The translations under genes and the position numbers were made by a program. From an uncultured Acidobacteriota bacterium (GTDB lineage: Bacteria > Acidobacteriota > UBA6911 > RPQK01 > CBDAPI01), in the NCBI GenBank assembly GCA_964463145.1, contig CAYXBG010000001.1:1-54267 (forward strand): a stretch of 54,267 nt of DNA. The letters are read 5' to 3'. Under the pieces are notes generated by a model, which searched no databases, had not been told where the DNA came from, and worked only from the letters and a program-made list of their open reading frames with translations. Positions 29,135 to 38,567 of the stretch are shown here, piece by piece (position 1 is the stretch's first letter; each line of letters begins with the position of its first letter).

Positions 29135-30139
29135 CTAGTCATCCGATCCAAATGATGCATCAAAGGCGCGATCTGCTGACGGAAAGTCTATACTTCTTAC
29201 AAAATCAGCTGCCTCGGCTGCCCCGTGATCTCGGTCCATCCCCGAATCCTCCCATTCTACCGATAGGGGGCCCGTATAGCCTATGTCATTTAGTGTTCGG
29301 ACAATGGATTCAAAATCTATGTTGCCGCGTCCCACCGAACGAAAATCCCAATAACGCTCGGGGTCACCAAAGTTCAGATGTCCCCCAAACACACCAGAAC
29401 GTCGAGGTTCCTCAGACCAGGCAACATCCTTCATATGGACGTGAAAAATCCGGTCGCAAAATTCGCGCAGAAATGCCACATAGTCCACCCCCTGATAACC
29501 GAGATGACTTGGATCGTAATTAAACCCAAACGCTGGGTGAGCCTCAAGGGCCTCAAGAGCTCGAGAGGCAGTCACAGTATCGAAGGCTATTTCAGTAGGA
29601 TGTACTTCCAAAGCAAATCGAACTCCTTCTTCCTGAAAAACATCCAGAATTGGCTTCCAAAGACACCCAAACTCTTCGTAGCCGTCATCCAACTGAGCGG
29701 AGTCGACGGGGGGAAATGAATAGAGCAGATGCCAAATGCCACTACCAACAAAACCATTGACCACTTCCACTCCAAAGCGCCGGGCTGCTCTCGCCGTAGC
29801 CTTCATCTCCTCTACAGCTCGCAGACGAACTCCAACAGGATCACCATCTCCCCAAACGTGAGGCGGCAAGATAGCCTGATGCCTTGAGTCGATAACGTCG
29901 CAGACAGCTTGTCCTACAAGATGATTACTTATGGAAAAACAATCTAAGTCGTATCGGGCCAACATTGAGCGCTTTTCTGCACAGTATTCATCCTCGCCCA
30001 AAGCGCGGTTGACGTCAAAGTGATCGCCCCAACAGGCCAGTTCAAGGCCATCATATCCAAATGATTTAGCTTTTCGGCAGATTGTTTCACAGGTCAGGTC
30101 AGCCCACTGTCCAGTAAATAGTGTGACGGGTCGTGACAT
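29135..30139 (-). CDS. sugar phosphate isomerase/epimerase (xylose isomerase-like TIM barrel)
   Basis: [15 protein letters not shown]...[13 protein letters not shown]...LEVHPTEIA...HVHMKD. The tracked ORF starts at TTG 30166; ATG 30139 has GGAGGG upstream. Confidence 0.8.
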   Translation of the reverse strand: MSRPVTLFTGQWADLTCETICRKAKSFGYDGLELACWGDHFDVNRALGEDEYCAEKRSMLARYDLDCFSISNHLVGQAVCDVIDSRHQAILPPHVWGDGDPVGVRLRAVEEMKATARAARRFGVEVVNGFVGSGIWHLLYSFPPVDSAQLDDGYEEFGCLWKPILDVFQEEGVRFALEVHPTEIAFDTVTASRALEALEAHPAFGFNYDPSHLGYQGVDYVAFLREFCDRIFHVHMKDVAWSEEPRRSGVFGGHLNFGDPERYWDFRSVGRGNIDFESIVRTLNDIGYTGPLSVEWEDSGMDRDHGAAEAADFVRSIDFPSADRAFDASFGSDD

Positions 30140-30384
30140 TCTAGTAATGCTCCCTCCTATACTCAACCAAACAGAATTTGATTAAGAAATTGTCAAGTTA
30201 GTACGCTAGAGTCATTTATCTCAGTTGCACAGTAGCTATTCTGCCAAATCTTCTTTAACGCACTTTCAGTGTACCGCAGTCAGCCCGGAATTTTTCAGTG
30301 GCAGACCAGATTTCCTGTTGGGCACCCTTCGCCCCAAGTTACAAAATCCCAGAATCCAAACAACTGTTCTCTAACCGGTGAGAC

Positions 30385-30461
<77 letters not shown>

Positions 30462-30762
30462 GAGTAACATAAAACACTTGGATTTACTCCAATCCTTGAC
30501 GGATTCCAACTGCCTTTCCTTTTCAATCAATAGCTGCTACCAGGATAACCAATTTAGAACCACTCAGCACATTATAATCCCTACACACAGCTTAATCTGA
30601 AAGGTCAACTTGACGACAACCTGCTCTTTCAAGCCTAATTTCACACTATGCCCTTGCACCAATAAGCCAAAATCCCTAGTATCCCCATTTGGACATGATT
30701 TTGAGCTCTACAACAGATATTTAGATATACTCAGTTTTTAGACAAAAATCTGAGGCCTTAAC

Positions 30763-31986
30763 ATGGATACACTCTTCCCAAAGCTGCCCGAGCGTCTATT
30801 GCTCGGACCTGGTCCATCCAACGTCCATCCCCGAGTACTGGAAGCGATGTCGCGACCATTAATTGGTCATTTAGACCCCGATTTCCTCTCACTGATGAAC
30901 CAAAATCAGGAACTGTTGCGCGCTGTCTTTCAGACAAATAATTTGATGACGCTCCCCTTATCGGGCACGGGCAGTTCTGGAATGGAAGCAGCTGTTACTA
31001 ATTTCATTGCTCCAGAAACTCCAATTCTGGTAGGAATCAATGGGGTTTTCGGTGGACGTATAAAGGACTGTGCTGAAAGGGCAGGAGCAGTGGTTACGAC
31101 TGTCGAGGCACCTTTTGGGAAACCACTCGATCCTAATGAAATAGCAGATGCTGCAGCATCTTGCCAACCTCAAATCATCGCCGTTGTACATGCCGAAACA
31201 TCTACAGGTGTTCTACAGCCCCTAAAGCCTCTCCGGGAGATCTGCGAGCGTCAAGATGCTCTTCTCTTGGTGGATGCGGTCACATCTCTGGCAGGGCATC
31301 CTGTTGCAGTAGATGCTCATGGCATTGATATCTGCTATAGCGGCACCCAGAAATGCCTGAGCTGTCCTCCCGGGCTCTCGCCATTTACTGTGTCCGATCG
31401 CGCCATGGAAAGACTGGTTGAAAAATGCCAGAGCTGGTACCTAGATTTACGCATGTTGGGCGCCTATTGGGGTAGCAAACGTACTTATCATCACACAGCC
31501 CCTATCTCCATGAACTATGCCTTAAGAGAATCCCTGGCAATTATATTGGAAGAAGGATTAGAGCGACGCTGGGAACGCCACCGACTCCATCACAAGGCAC
31601 TAGTAGCAGGCCTGGATGCAATGGGCATAGGTATGTATGTGGCACCAGAATTCAGACTCTACCCCCTCAATACGGTAACTATACCGGATGGAGTAGATGA
31701 CCTTACGATTCGGGCTCGTCTTCTCGCAGATTTCAACATCGAGATTGGAGGCGGGCTGGGAGCCTTGGCCGGCAAAGTTTGGCGGGTTGGGCTTATGGGG
31801 GAAAGTAGTAAACCAAATTCTATTTTATACTTCCTACAAGCCTTGGGTGTATGTTTGAGGGATACGGGTTATCGCTGTTCTCCTGGTGATGGCGTCGCAG
31901 CCGCTACAGAAACACTTTCTGTCGGACCGACAAATCACCTTCCTACCAGAAAATCCAACAACGTAGAGAAATCTAAGAATGTCTGA
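30763..31986 (+). CDS. class V aminotransferase (alanine-glyoxylate / serine-pyruvate type)
   Basis: LLGPGPSNVHPRVLEAM...HAETSTGV...YSGTQKCLSCPPGLSP (PLP Lys) is the AGXT family pattern. Confidence 0.85.
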   Translation: MDTLFPKLPERLLLGPGPSNVHPRVLEAMSRPLIGHLDPDFLSLMNQNQELLRAVFQTNNLMTLPLSGTGSSGMEAAVTNFIAPETPILVGINGVFGGRIKDCAERAGAVVTTVEAPFGKPLDPNEIADAAASCQPQIIAVVHAETSTGVLQPLKPLREICERQDALLLVDAVTSLAGHPVAVDAHGIDICYSGTQKCLSCPPGLSPFTVSDRAMERLVEKCQSWYLDLRMLGAYWGSKRTYHHTAPISMNYALRESLAIILEEGLERRWERHRLHHKALVAGLDAMGIGMYVAPEFRLYPLNTVTIPDGVDDLTIRARLLADFNIEIGGGLGALAGKVWRVGLMGESSKPNSILYFLQALGVCLRDTGYRCSPGDGVAAATETLSVGPTNHLPTRKSNNVEKSKNV

Positions 31987-33001
31987 AAAAATCAAAACCT
32001 TTGTGAGCGGGTTGGGATCTGTCAACGGAAGCTTGATGACTATCCTAGAGGCCAAAGCTGAACGACTTAAGAATCGATATGGCCTTGAATTTGTGATCGT
32101 CGCAGCTGCCGATAGCAGTGGCACTGCGCTTTCTGAGAAGGGATTCGATATCGCCCAGTTACGCAAGTTCAAACAGGCCGGAGGACGGTTATCGGACCTT
32201 CCAGAGGGAACCACCCGTCAGATCACGGAAACGATTCAAACCATTGAATTTGATCTCATCCTGGAAGGATCTCCTACCAATATAAAACACGGGGGTTCTG
32301 CACTGACTGTAACGCGTGCCGCCCTCGAGCGTGGATTGACTGTCGTCCTCGCCAATAAAGGCCCGCTAGTCGTTGATTATGCGGGGATCCAAAAATTGGT
32401 GAAACGTCACGGGGGCCAACTTGCTTTTAGCGCTACGGTCTGCGGGGGGCTTCCAGTGATCAACATAGGCACACGAGATTATGTAGCCGCTGATATAAGC
32501 AGTTTTAAAGGGATTCTTAACAGTACCAGCAACTTCATACTGAGCGAGATGGGTGCCGGTAAAAATTATGACAGTGCCCTTGCCGAGGCCCAGCACCAAG
32601 GGATTGCTGAGGCAGATCCGACCCTGGATGTAGAAGGATGGGATACAGCAAGTAAACTGGTTATTGTCGCTAATAGCTTCCTTGACACCCCTACTTCTCT
32701 GGAAAATGTTGAAGTTGAAGGTATTAAGGGAATCAAGCAAACAGATTTGGTGAAAGCCGCTGCTCAAGGCAAGACTATCAAACTACTAGCGACGGCAACC
32801 AAAAAGAAAGATAAATTGACGCTAATTGTCCGTCCAGAAATTCTAGACAGAACTGAGTTCCTAGGTCGTTGTGATGGCTGGGAAATGGGCATCGAAATCC
32901 GCAGCGACATCTATGGGTATACGTTCCATAAAAATCGCGATCGGGAGCCTATCTCTACGGCTGCTGCCATGCTCAGAGATGCAGTAAATCTGCTCCGCTG
33001 A
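31979..33001 (+). CDS. homoserine dehydrogenase family oxidoreductase (no ACT domain)
   Basis: VCGGLPVIN...FKGILNSTSNFILSEM...AEAQHQGIAEADPTLDVEGWDTASKLVIVAN. The start overlaps the upstream stop by 8 nt (ATGTCTGA). Confidence 0.8.
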   Translation: MSEKIKTFVSGLGSVNGSLMTILEAKAERLKNRYGLEFVIVAAADSSGTALSEKGFDIAQLRKFKQAGGRLSDLPEGTTRQITETIQTIEFDLILEGSPTNIKHGGSALTVTRAALERGLTVVLANKGPLVVDYAGIQKLVKRHGGQLAFSATVCGGLPVINIGTRDYVAADISSFKGILNSTSNFILSEMGAGKNYDSALAEAQHQGIAEADPTLDVEGWDTASKLVIVANSFLDTPTSLENVEVEGIKGIKQTDLVKAAAQGKTIKLLATATKKKDKLTLIVRPEILDRTEFLGRCDGWEMGIEIRSDIYGYTFHKNRDREPISTAAAMLRDAVNLLR

Positions 33002-33023
33002 TCTTTACAGATTCTGTACAGGG

Positions 33024-34004
33024 CTAGTGAGAATCCTTCACCCTGCGCTGCTTTCTTGCAAAACGCTTCAGAACTTCATCGGTAACCACTCCAACCAGAA
33101 TGACACCCCCAATTATGGCAAATTCAAGCTGTGTAGGCACGCCCAAAAGAGTAACGGAGTTTCGAAGAACCTGCATCACTGCTGCACCGACTACTATACC
33201 GAGAACGGCACCTTCTCCTCCGCGAAGGCTACAACCTCCCAACACCGCAGCAGCAATGGCATAAAGTTCGTAGAAATTCCCAAAATCTACTGGCTGTGCG
33301 GAGTTAACATCCAAAACAAACAGCGTTCCTCCGAGACCCGCCAATCCCGAACAAATGATATAGGCGATGACGGTCATTCGGTCCGTGTTTATGCCACTAT
33401 AGCGGGCAGCTTCTTCGTTTCCGCCTAGTGCCAGAAGATACCTCCCGTAAATGGTCCGATTCAAGAAAATAGCCGCCGCTACACCTACGACTATCAAAAT
33501 TATGCAAGGGGCCGGTATTGCAAAATTCTCAACAAAAGGAATTCCCACTTTCCCAGTAGCTAGAGCTCTCAGCCCTATAAAGTCATTCCCGAACCCTTGA
33601 GTCTGATCTCCTGTTAGCCCTCGAGCTAAGCCACGGTAGAGGAGAAGCCCGCAAAGAGTCACCACGAAAGGTTGAAGTCGGAGACGCGTAATGAGGAGCC
33701 CGTGGAGACCTCCAAGCAGAAGAGATCCAAGTCCTATTGTAGCCAGGGCGGCAGGGACCGAAAAACCAAACTGGGTCAGCAAAAAGGGTAAAAAGACTCC
33801 ACTTAAACACACCAATGAACCTATCGAAAGATCAATGCCGGCCGTAATAATGACAAACCCCGCACCAATACTGATGATACCGAACAGGGCACTTCTTCGG
33901 ATCACATTTTCGATGTTATAAGCCGTTAAAAAGCGATCATTTAAGAGTGCTGTCAAAACGCAGATCACAACTAGAAGGCCTATAATTCCAGCAATTTTTT
34001 TCAT
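33024..34004 (-). CDS. sugar ABC transporter permease (RbsC-like)
   Basis: GIDLSIGS...GGNEEAARYSGIN motifs. ATGA overlap with the upstream ATPase gene. Confidence 0.85.
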   Translation of the reverse strand: MKKIAGIIGLLVVICVLTALLNDRFLTAYNIENVIRRSALFGIISIGAGFVIITAGIDLSIGSLVCLSGVFLPFLLTQFGFSVPAALATIGLGSLLLGGLHGLLITRLRLQPFVVTLCGLLLYRGLARGLTGDQTQGFGNDFIGLRALATGKVGIPFVENFAIPAPCIILIVVGVAAAIFLNRTIYGRYLLALGGNEEAARYSGINTDRMTVIAYIICSGLAGLGGTLFVLDVNSAQPVDFGNFYELYAIAAAVLGGCSLRGGEGAVLGIVVGAAVMQVLRNSVTLLGVPTQLEFAIIGGVILVGVVTDEVLKRFARKQRRVKDSH

Positions 34005-35578
34005 TGTGGTCCCGTCACATTACCCATTTCTTCTCCGGACACCTCAATAGAAGAGCCTCCAGTTGCGCAATGCATTACGGCTCTCTCATTTAAAGATTCT
34101 CCCATTAATTCCCCCTCAATTGAACCGTGATACATAACGACCACTCTATCGGCTAGTCTCAGCAATTCTTCCATCTCACTAGAGACGAAAATGATCGCCA
34201 CCCCATTAGCTGCTAGCTGTTCCAGTATTCTGTAAATCTCATCTTTTGATTTAACATCTACCCCTCTAGTAGGCTCATCTAGAATCAGGACTTCCGGGCG
34301 CATAGCCAGCCATCGGGCCAACACAACCTTCTGTTGATTTCCTCCAGAAAGGTATCTGACCGGCTGCTCCAGGCCAGCCAATTTAATGCCCAGTTGTTGT
34401 GTCATATTTAAGGCAAGACTGGCCTCTTTTTTTCGATTTAGAAATCCATTGCTCTGGTCTCGGCGCAAACTAGCTAGGCTCAGGTTGATTCGGACAGCCA
34501 TATCCAAAATCAGACCTTGCGATTTGCGATCTTTCGGAACAAGAGCTACGCCCGAAAGGATCGCTTCGACAGGACTTCTAGGCTCGAATGTTTGCCCGGC
34601 AACCTTGACTGTGCCGGAAAGAGGAGATGCAATGCCGAAAAGCGTCTGGGCTAAGTCTGTTCTTCCCGCCCCTACCAGTCCTGCAACTCCAACCATCTCT
34701 CCTCGTTTGATCTGGAAATTTAATTTATGCTGAGGATGCGAAGCTGTGCACAGATCCGTCACCTCGAGAGCTGTCTCACCACCTTTTCTTTCAAGTTGAT
34801 GATAAAAAGGAGACAGATCACGACCGACCATTAACTGGACCATTCGTTCGCGAGTAATTTGGTGCGGGCCAAGTGACCCTACATTTTTCCCATCACGCAA
34901 GATCTCAACACGATCAGCCAAAGCTTCAACTTCCCCTAGACGATGAGAAATATAGAGAACACCCACTTTCGTTTCCTGCAGTTGCCGGATTACCCTAAAT
35001 AAATTCTCCGTCTCCTGTCTGGTCAGACTGGAAGTCGGCTCATCCATGATAAGAATCCGAGCATTAGTCGCTAGAGCCTTGGCTATTTCCACTAGCTGCT
35101 GCTGACCAACACTTAGAGATCTAAGCGCTGCGCCTGGTTCTATATTAAGCCCCACTATTTGGAGATATTTTCTAGCTTTCCGCTGCATCGCTTTCTGATC
35201 CAAAAAGATGGAATTTCTTGGCTCTTTACCTAGTAATACATTGGCCGCTACATCCAACTGCGGTACTTGGTTCAGCTCCTGGTGAATCAAGGCAACTCCT
35301 TGCCCTAAGGCATCGGATACGGAATAGATCTCAGCAGGTAAACCTTCTAGAAAGATTTTCCCTTCATCAGCATTCAAGACTCCTGCCAATATTTTCATCA
35401 GCGTGCTTTTACCCGCTCCATTTTCCCCAATTACGGCTAATACCTCTCCCTTCCTCAGGTTCAAGTTAACGTTACTGAGCGCTCTCACGCCGGAGAAATA
35501 TTTGGAGATTTTCTGGACTTCCAGAAGCAGTGAACCATCTGAGACAGTTGGAGATTTCATGTTCTCTCGAACTTCCAA
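34001..35578 (-). CDS. sugar ABC transporter ATP-binding protein, duplicated ATPase (RbsA-like)
   Basis: Two Walker A motifs (GENGAGKST, GLVGAGRT), LSVGQQQ and LSGGNQQK signatures, and ILIMDEPT / LILDEPT Walker B motifs. Confidence 0.9.
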   Translation of the reverse strand: MEVRENMKSPTVSDGSLLLEVQKISKYFSGVRALSNVNLNLRKGEVLAVIGENGAGKSTLMKILAGVLNADEGKIFLEGLPAEIYSVSDALGQGVALIHQELNQVPQLDVAANVLLGKEPRNSIFLDQKAMQRKARKYLQIVGLNIEPGAALRSLSVGQQQLVEIAKALATNARILIMDEPTSSLTRQETENLFRVIRQLQETKVGVLYISHRLGEVEALADRVEILRDGKNVGSLGPHQITRERMVQLMVGRDLSPFYHQLERKGGETALEVTDLCTASHPQHKLNFQIKRGEMVGVAGLVGAGRTDLAQTLFGIASPLSGTVKVAGQTFEPRSPVEAILSGVALVPKDRKSQGLILDMAVRINLSLASLRRDQSNGFLNRKKEASLALNMTQQLGIKLAGLEQPVRYLSGGNQQKVVLARWLAMRPEVLILDEPTRGVDVKSKDEIYRILEQLAANGVAIIFVSSEMEELLRLADRVVVMYHGSIEGELMGESLNERAVMHCATGGSSIEVSGEEMGNVTGPQ

Positions 35579-35587
35579 TAGGCCAGC

Positions 35588-36607
35588 TTATCGCTGTCTC
35601 GACATCTTGGATTTTAGATCCGCCCAAAAGACATCCAGGTTCTCTCGCCGGATTTGTCGAGCCGGGATATTAATAAAACCATTTTCAGGTATTACAGAAT
35701 GATCGCCTCGAATAATGGACGTCAGCACCCTTACGGACTCTAGCGCATAATTATATGGATCTTGGACAACCGTTCCATGGACATAGCCGTCCCTGATCCC
35801 TTGTAGTGTCTCGTCAGCTTCATCAAAAGCAATTACCGCAACATCACCTGCCTTACCGGCCTGTTTTAGCGCTTCGAGACAAAGTGGTGGATTGTAGGCA
35901 AATAAACCCACCATAGCTGCCAAATCAGGAAATCGGGAAAGAGAATCCTCGGCATTAGCCTTAGCCTTACTACGATCGAACTGATCGGTCAGGGTGCCAA
36001 CGATTTGAAAACGTCCATTACGGAGTTCGCTCCCCGGAAGATCATAGTGACCAGCTCGAAATTCACGGTCAAGGATCTCATCAATCAACCCTTGGCGGCG
36101 GCGGCGTGCATTATCTTGCTCGAGCCTACCTACAAATATCATGATTTTCCCGCCGTTTGGAATCGCCTCTTTGACCAACCGGCCACACAAGCGACCCGCA
36201 TCGTAATTGTCCATTCCAACAAAACTCAAGCGGTCGGTCTCAGGCGCATCAGAATCAAGTGTAATTAAATGTGTGCCTTGAGCTGCCTTATTTATGAGGC
36301 CAATTTGATTGTCAGGGTCGATGGAGCTGATTGCGATTCCATTGACACCCAGAGTCAGTAGATCCTGCACGATTCTCTTCTGGTCACTTATCCCTTCAGC
36401 CGGCATATGTACCGTGACGTCTGCATCGAACTCTTGGGCCCCCTCAGCTGCTCCCGCTTGAGCAATTGTCCAAAAAGCGGCGACTCCATTTGTCACAATA
36501 GCAACGTGAGGCTTCGCAGTCCCGCTCTGTTTCTGGACACAACTGACAACCAACCCCAACAGGAAAAGGGTCAAAACCATTCTCGCTAAAAAACAGTGCT
36601 GGTTCAT
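35588..36607 (-). CDS. periplasmic sugar-binding lipoprotein (RbsB-like)
   Basis: Lipobox LVVSC. Type I periplasmic binding fold pattern (IAIVTNG..., ITLDSD, VGMDNYDAG). Confidence 0.85.
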   Translation of the reverse strand: MNQHCFLARMVLTLFLLGLVVSCVQKQSGTAKPHVAIVTNGVAAFWTIAQAGAAEGAQEFDADVTVHMPAEGISDQKRIVQDLLTLGVNGIAISSIDPDNQIGLINKAAQGTHLITLDSDAPETDRLSFVGMDNYDAGRLCGRLVKEAIPNGGKIMIFVGRLEQDNARRRRQGLIDEILDREFRAGHYDLPGSELRNGRFQIVGTLTDQFDRSKAKANAEDSLSRFPDLAAMVGLFAYNPPLCLEALKQAGKAGDVAVIAFDEADETLQGIRDGYVHGTVVQDPYNYALESVRVLTSIIRGDHSVIPENGFINIPARQIRRENLDVFWADLKSKMSRQR

Positions 36608-36669
36608 TTCAAATTCTCAGATTGATTTTGCATATCCTTTGTCTCATGCATTGCCATAGGCCAAGGTCG

Positions 36670-36933
36670 TCAACGCTTAGAACATTCCTCCCGGACTCGA
36701 GGTGCGTTATTGCAAGCGATAGATTCTGTCACGCCAGATGAAATGTCCGAACAAGCCACCGTCACAGCCGCATCGGTTGCTAGTTTCTCTGTGCGCCCAG
36801 ATGCCGAAGCGCATTCTATTTTTCCGCGATACTCTACACATACATAACAAGAAACAACGTTCAGTTGAAGTGTCGAATACACTACAAAAATTAAAAAACC
36901 TATAAAAAATACCGGGACTAAAAGTTTCTTCAC
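36670..36933 (-). CDS. small membrane-anchored Cys-rich protein, unknown function
   Basis: GTG start with GAGGAG upstream. One N-terminal TM or signal segment followed by 6 Cys in about 60 aa. It lies 62 nt upstream of the ABC operon on the same strand. Confidence 0.5.
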   Translation of the reverse strand: MKKLLVPVFFIGFLIFVVYSTLQLNVVSCYVCVEYRGKIECASASGRTEKLATDAAVTVACSDISSGVTESIACNNAPRVREECSKR

Positions 36934-37113
36934 GTCAGTTTATTGCTCCTCGAACTAGTTTAGGCAGGTACCTGAAGCCTTGCAAGGTGGCTACAGAAGA
37001 AAACTCTTCATATCTTCCTTACAACAAATTTGTGTCGTTAAGTAGGCCCGCCAATATATGAGGAGAAGACTAGTACTCGAATCTGAGCACCAGAGAGGGA
37101 GCTTTTTGGTATT

Positions 37114-38514
37114 ATGCAAGCCTCGGAGAAAAGAGCCATGTTAGAAACGAGTTCACATAAGGTGGCAAAAAACGGCTGGAATCCATCGAGTTGGAAGCAA
37201 AAACTAGTCGCACAGCAGCCTACCTATAAGGACCAGCGGAAGCTGGCTCAGGTGGTCGAAGACCTTTCCAAACTCCCCCCATTAGTTACGAGCTGGGAAA
37301 TCGAAACTCTAAAAAGCCTGCTAGCGGAGGCTGCACTTGGAAAACAATTTCTCCTGCAGGGGGGGGATTGCTCAGAAAGTTTTGAAGATTGCGAATCACC
37401 CATTATCGTTGCTAAGCTCAAGATTCTCCTGCAAATGAGCCTTGTGCTGGTTCATGGTGCTCACAAACCAGTCATCCGTGTGGGACGATTTGCTGGACAG
37501 TATGCTAAGCCCCGTTCTAGTGATTTGGAGACACGTGACGGTGTAAGCCTGCCCAGTTATAGAGGCGACATGATCAACCGCCTACAGTTCTCTGACGATG
37601 ATCGGGAGCCCAATCCTGAACTGCTCCTCCGGGGCTTTGAACGGGCTGCCCTCACCCTTAATTTTATTCGATCACTCAGCGATGGGGGATTTGCAGACCT
37701 CCATCATCCTGAATACTGGGAATTGGATTTTGTCAGAAAATCACCAAAAGCAAATGGCTACCAGAAACAAGTTTTGGAGATTAGTGAATCTCTTGAATTT
37801 CTGGAAGCACTTTCGGGCTCAGCATCGGCCAAAGTGAATCGTGTTGACTTCTATACCAGCCACGAAGGGTTACACCTTCACTACGAACAAGCCCAAACTC
37901 GTTTTATTGATCGCGTAGGCAAGTGGTTCGATCTCACAACCCACTTTCCTTGGATAGGCGATCGAACGCGCAACCTGGATGGAGCTCATGTTGAATATTT
38001 CCGTGGTATCGCTAACCCTATCGGGATCAAGGTGGGACCAACAACGGATCCAGATGGATTACCAGATCTCCTGGAGCGACTAAATCCGTTAAACGAAACA
38101 GGTAAAATCACGCTGATCCATAGGTTCGGTGATGATAAGATCGAAAAACATTTACCGGCCCTTGTCCAAGCTGTACAAAAAACTGGGCAAATCGTTCTTT
38201 GGTCATGCGATCCCATGCACGGCAACACCGAGTCGACATCCAAAGGCCTCAAAACTCGAAACTTTAAACGAATTTTGGCTGAGGTTGAGCACGCTTTCAA
38301 CATCCACGAAGGGATCGGGTCGCATCTAGGTGGCCTACATGTCGAATTAACGGGGGATAACGTCACGGAATGCTTAGGAGGGGTTGGGGGCCTCAAAGAA
38401 GCAGACTTGCCCCGAGCCTACTTGACTAAGGTAGACCCTCGCCTGAATTACGAGCAAGCACTGGAGCTAGCTCTACTGGTTTCCCGGCGCCTTGAACGCT
38501 TGCGCAAAGAATGA
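37114..38514 (+). CDS. class II (plant/actinobacterial type) 3-deoxy-7-phosphoheptulonate synthase
   Basis: WNPSSWKQKLVAQQPTY...PPLVTSWEIETLK...FLLQGGDCSESF...RVGRFAGQYAKPRS...CDPMHGNT are class II DAHPS signatures. Confidence 0.9.
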   Translation: MQASEKRAMLETSSHKVAKNGWNPSSWKQKLVAQQPTYKDQRKLAQVVEDLSKLPPLVTSWEIETLKSLLAEAALGKQFLLQGGDCSESFEDCESPIIVAKLKILLQMSLVLVHGAHKPVIRVGRFAGQYAKPRSSDLETRDGVSLPSYRGDMINRLQFSDDDREPNPELLLRGFERAALTLNFIRSLSDGGFADLHHPEYWELDFVRKSPKANGYQKQVLEISESLEFLEALSGSASAKVNRVDFYTSHEGLHLHYEQAQTRFIDRVGKWFDLTTHFPWIGDRTRNLDGAHVEYFRGIANPIGIKVGPTTDPDGLPDLLERLNPLNETGKITLIHRFGDDKIEKHLPALVQAVQKTGQIVLWSCDPMHGNTESTSKGLKTRNFKRILAEVEHAFNIHEGIGSHLGGLHVELTGDNVTECLGGVGGLKEADLPRAYLTKVDPRLNYEQALELALLVSRRLERLRKE

Positions 38515-38567
38515 TTTAACCCAAATGATGTCTTGTGATCACAGTAGATTCTAAATCCAGAAAACCC

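Noticed and set aside
37058-37144. 28-codon uORF overlapping the DAHP synthase start, as a possible aromatic-amino-acid attenuator leader peptide.
   Set aside because: It contains a single Phe and no Trp, Tyr or Phe run. No alternative terminator/antiterminator hairpins are evident.
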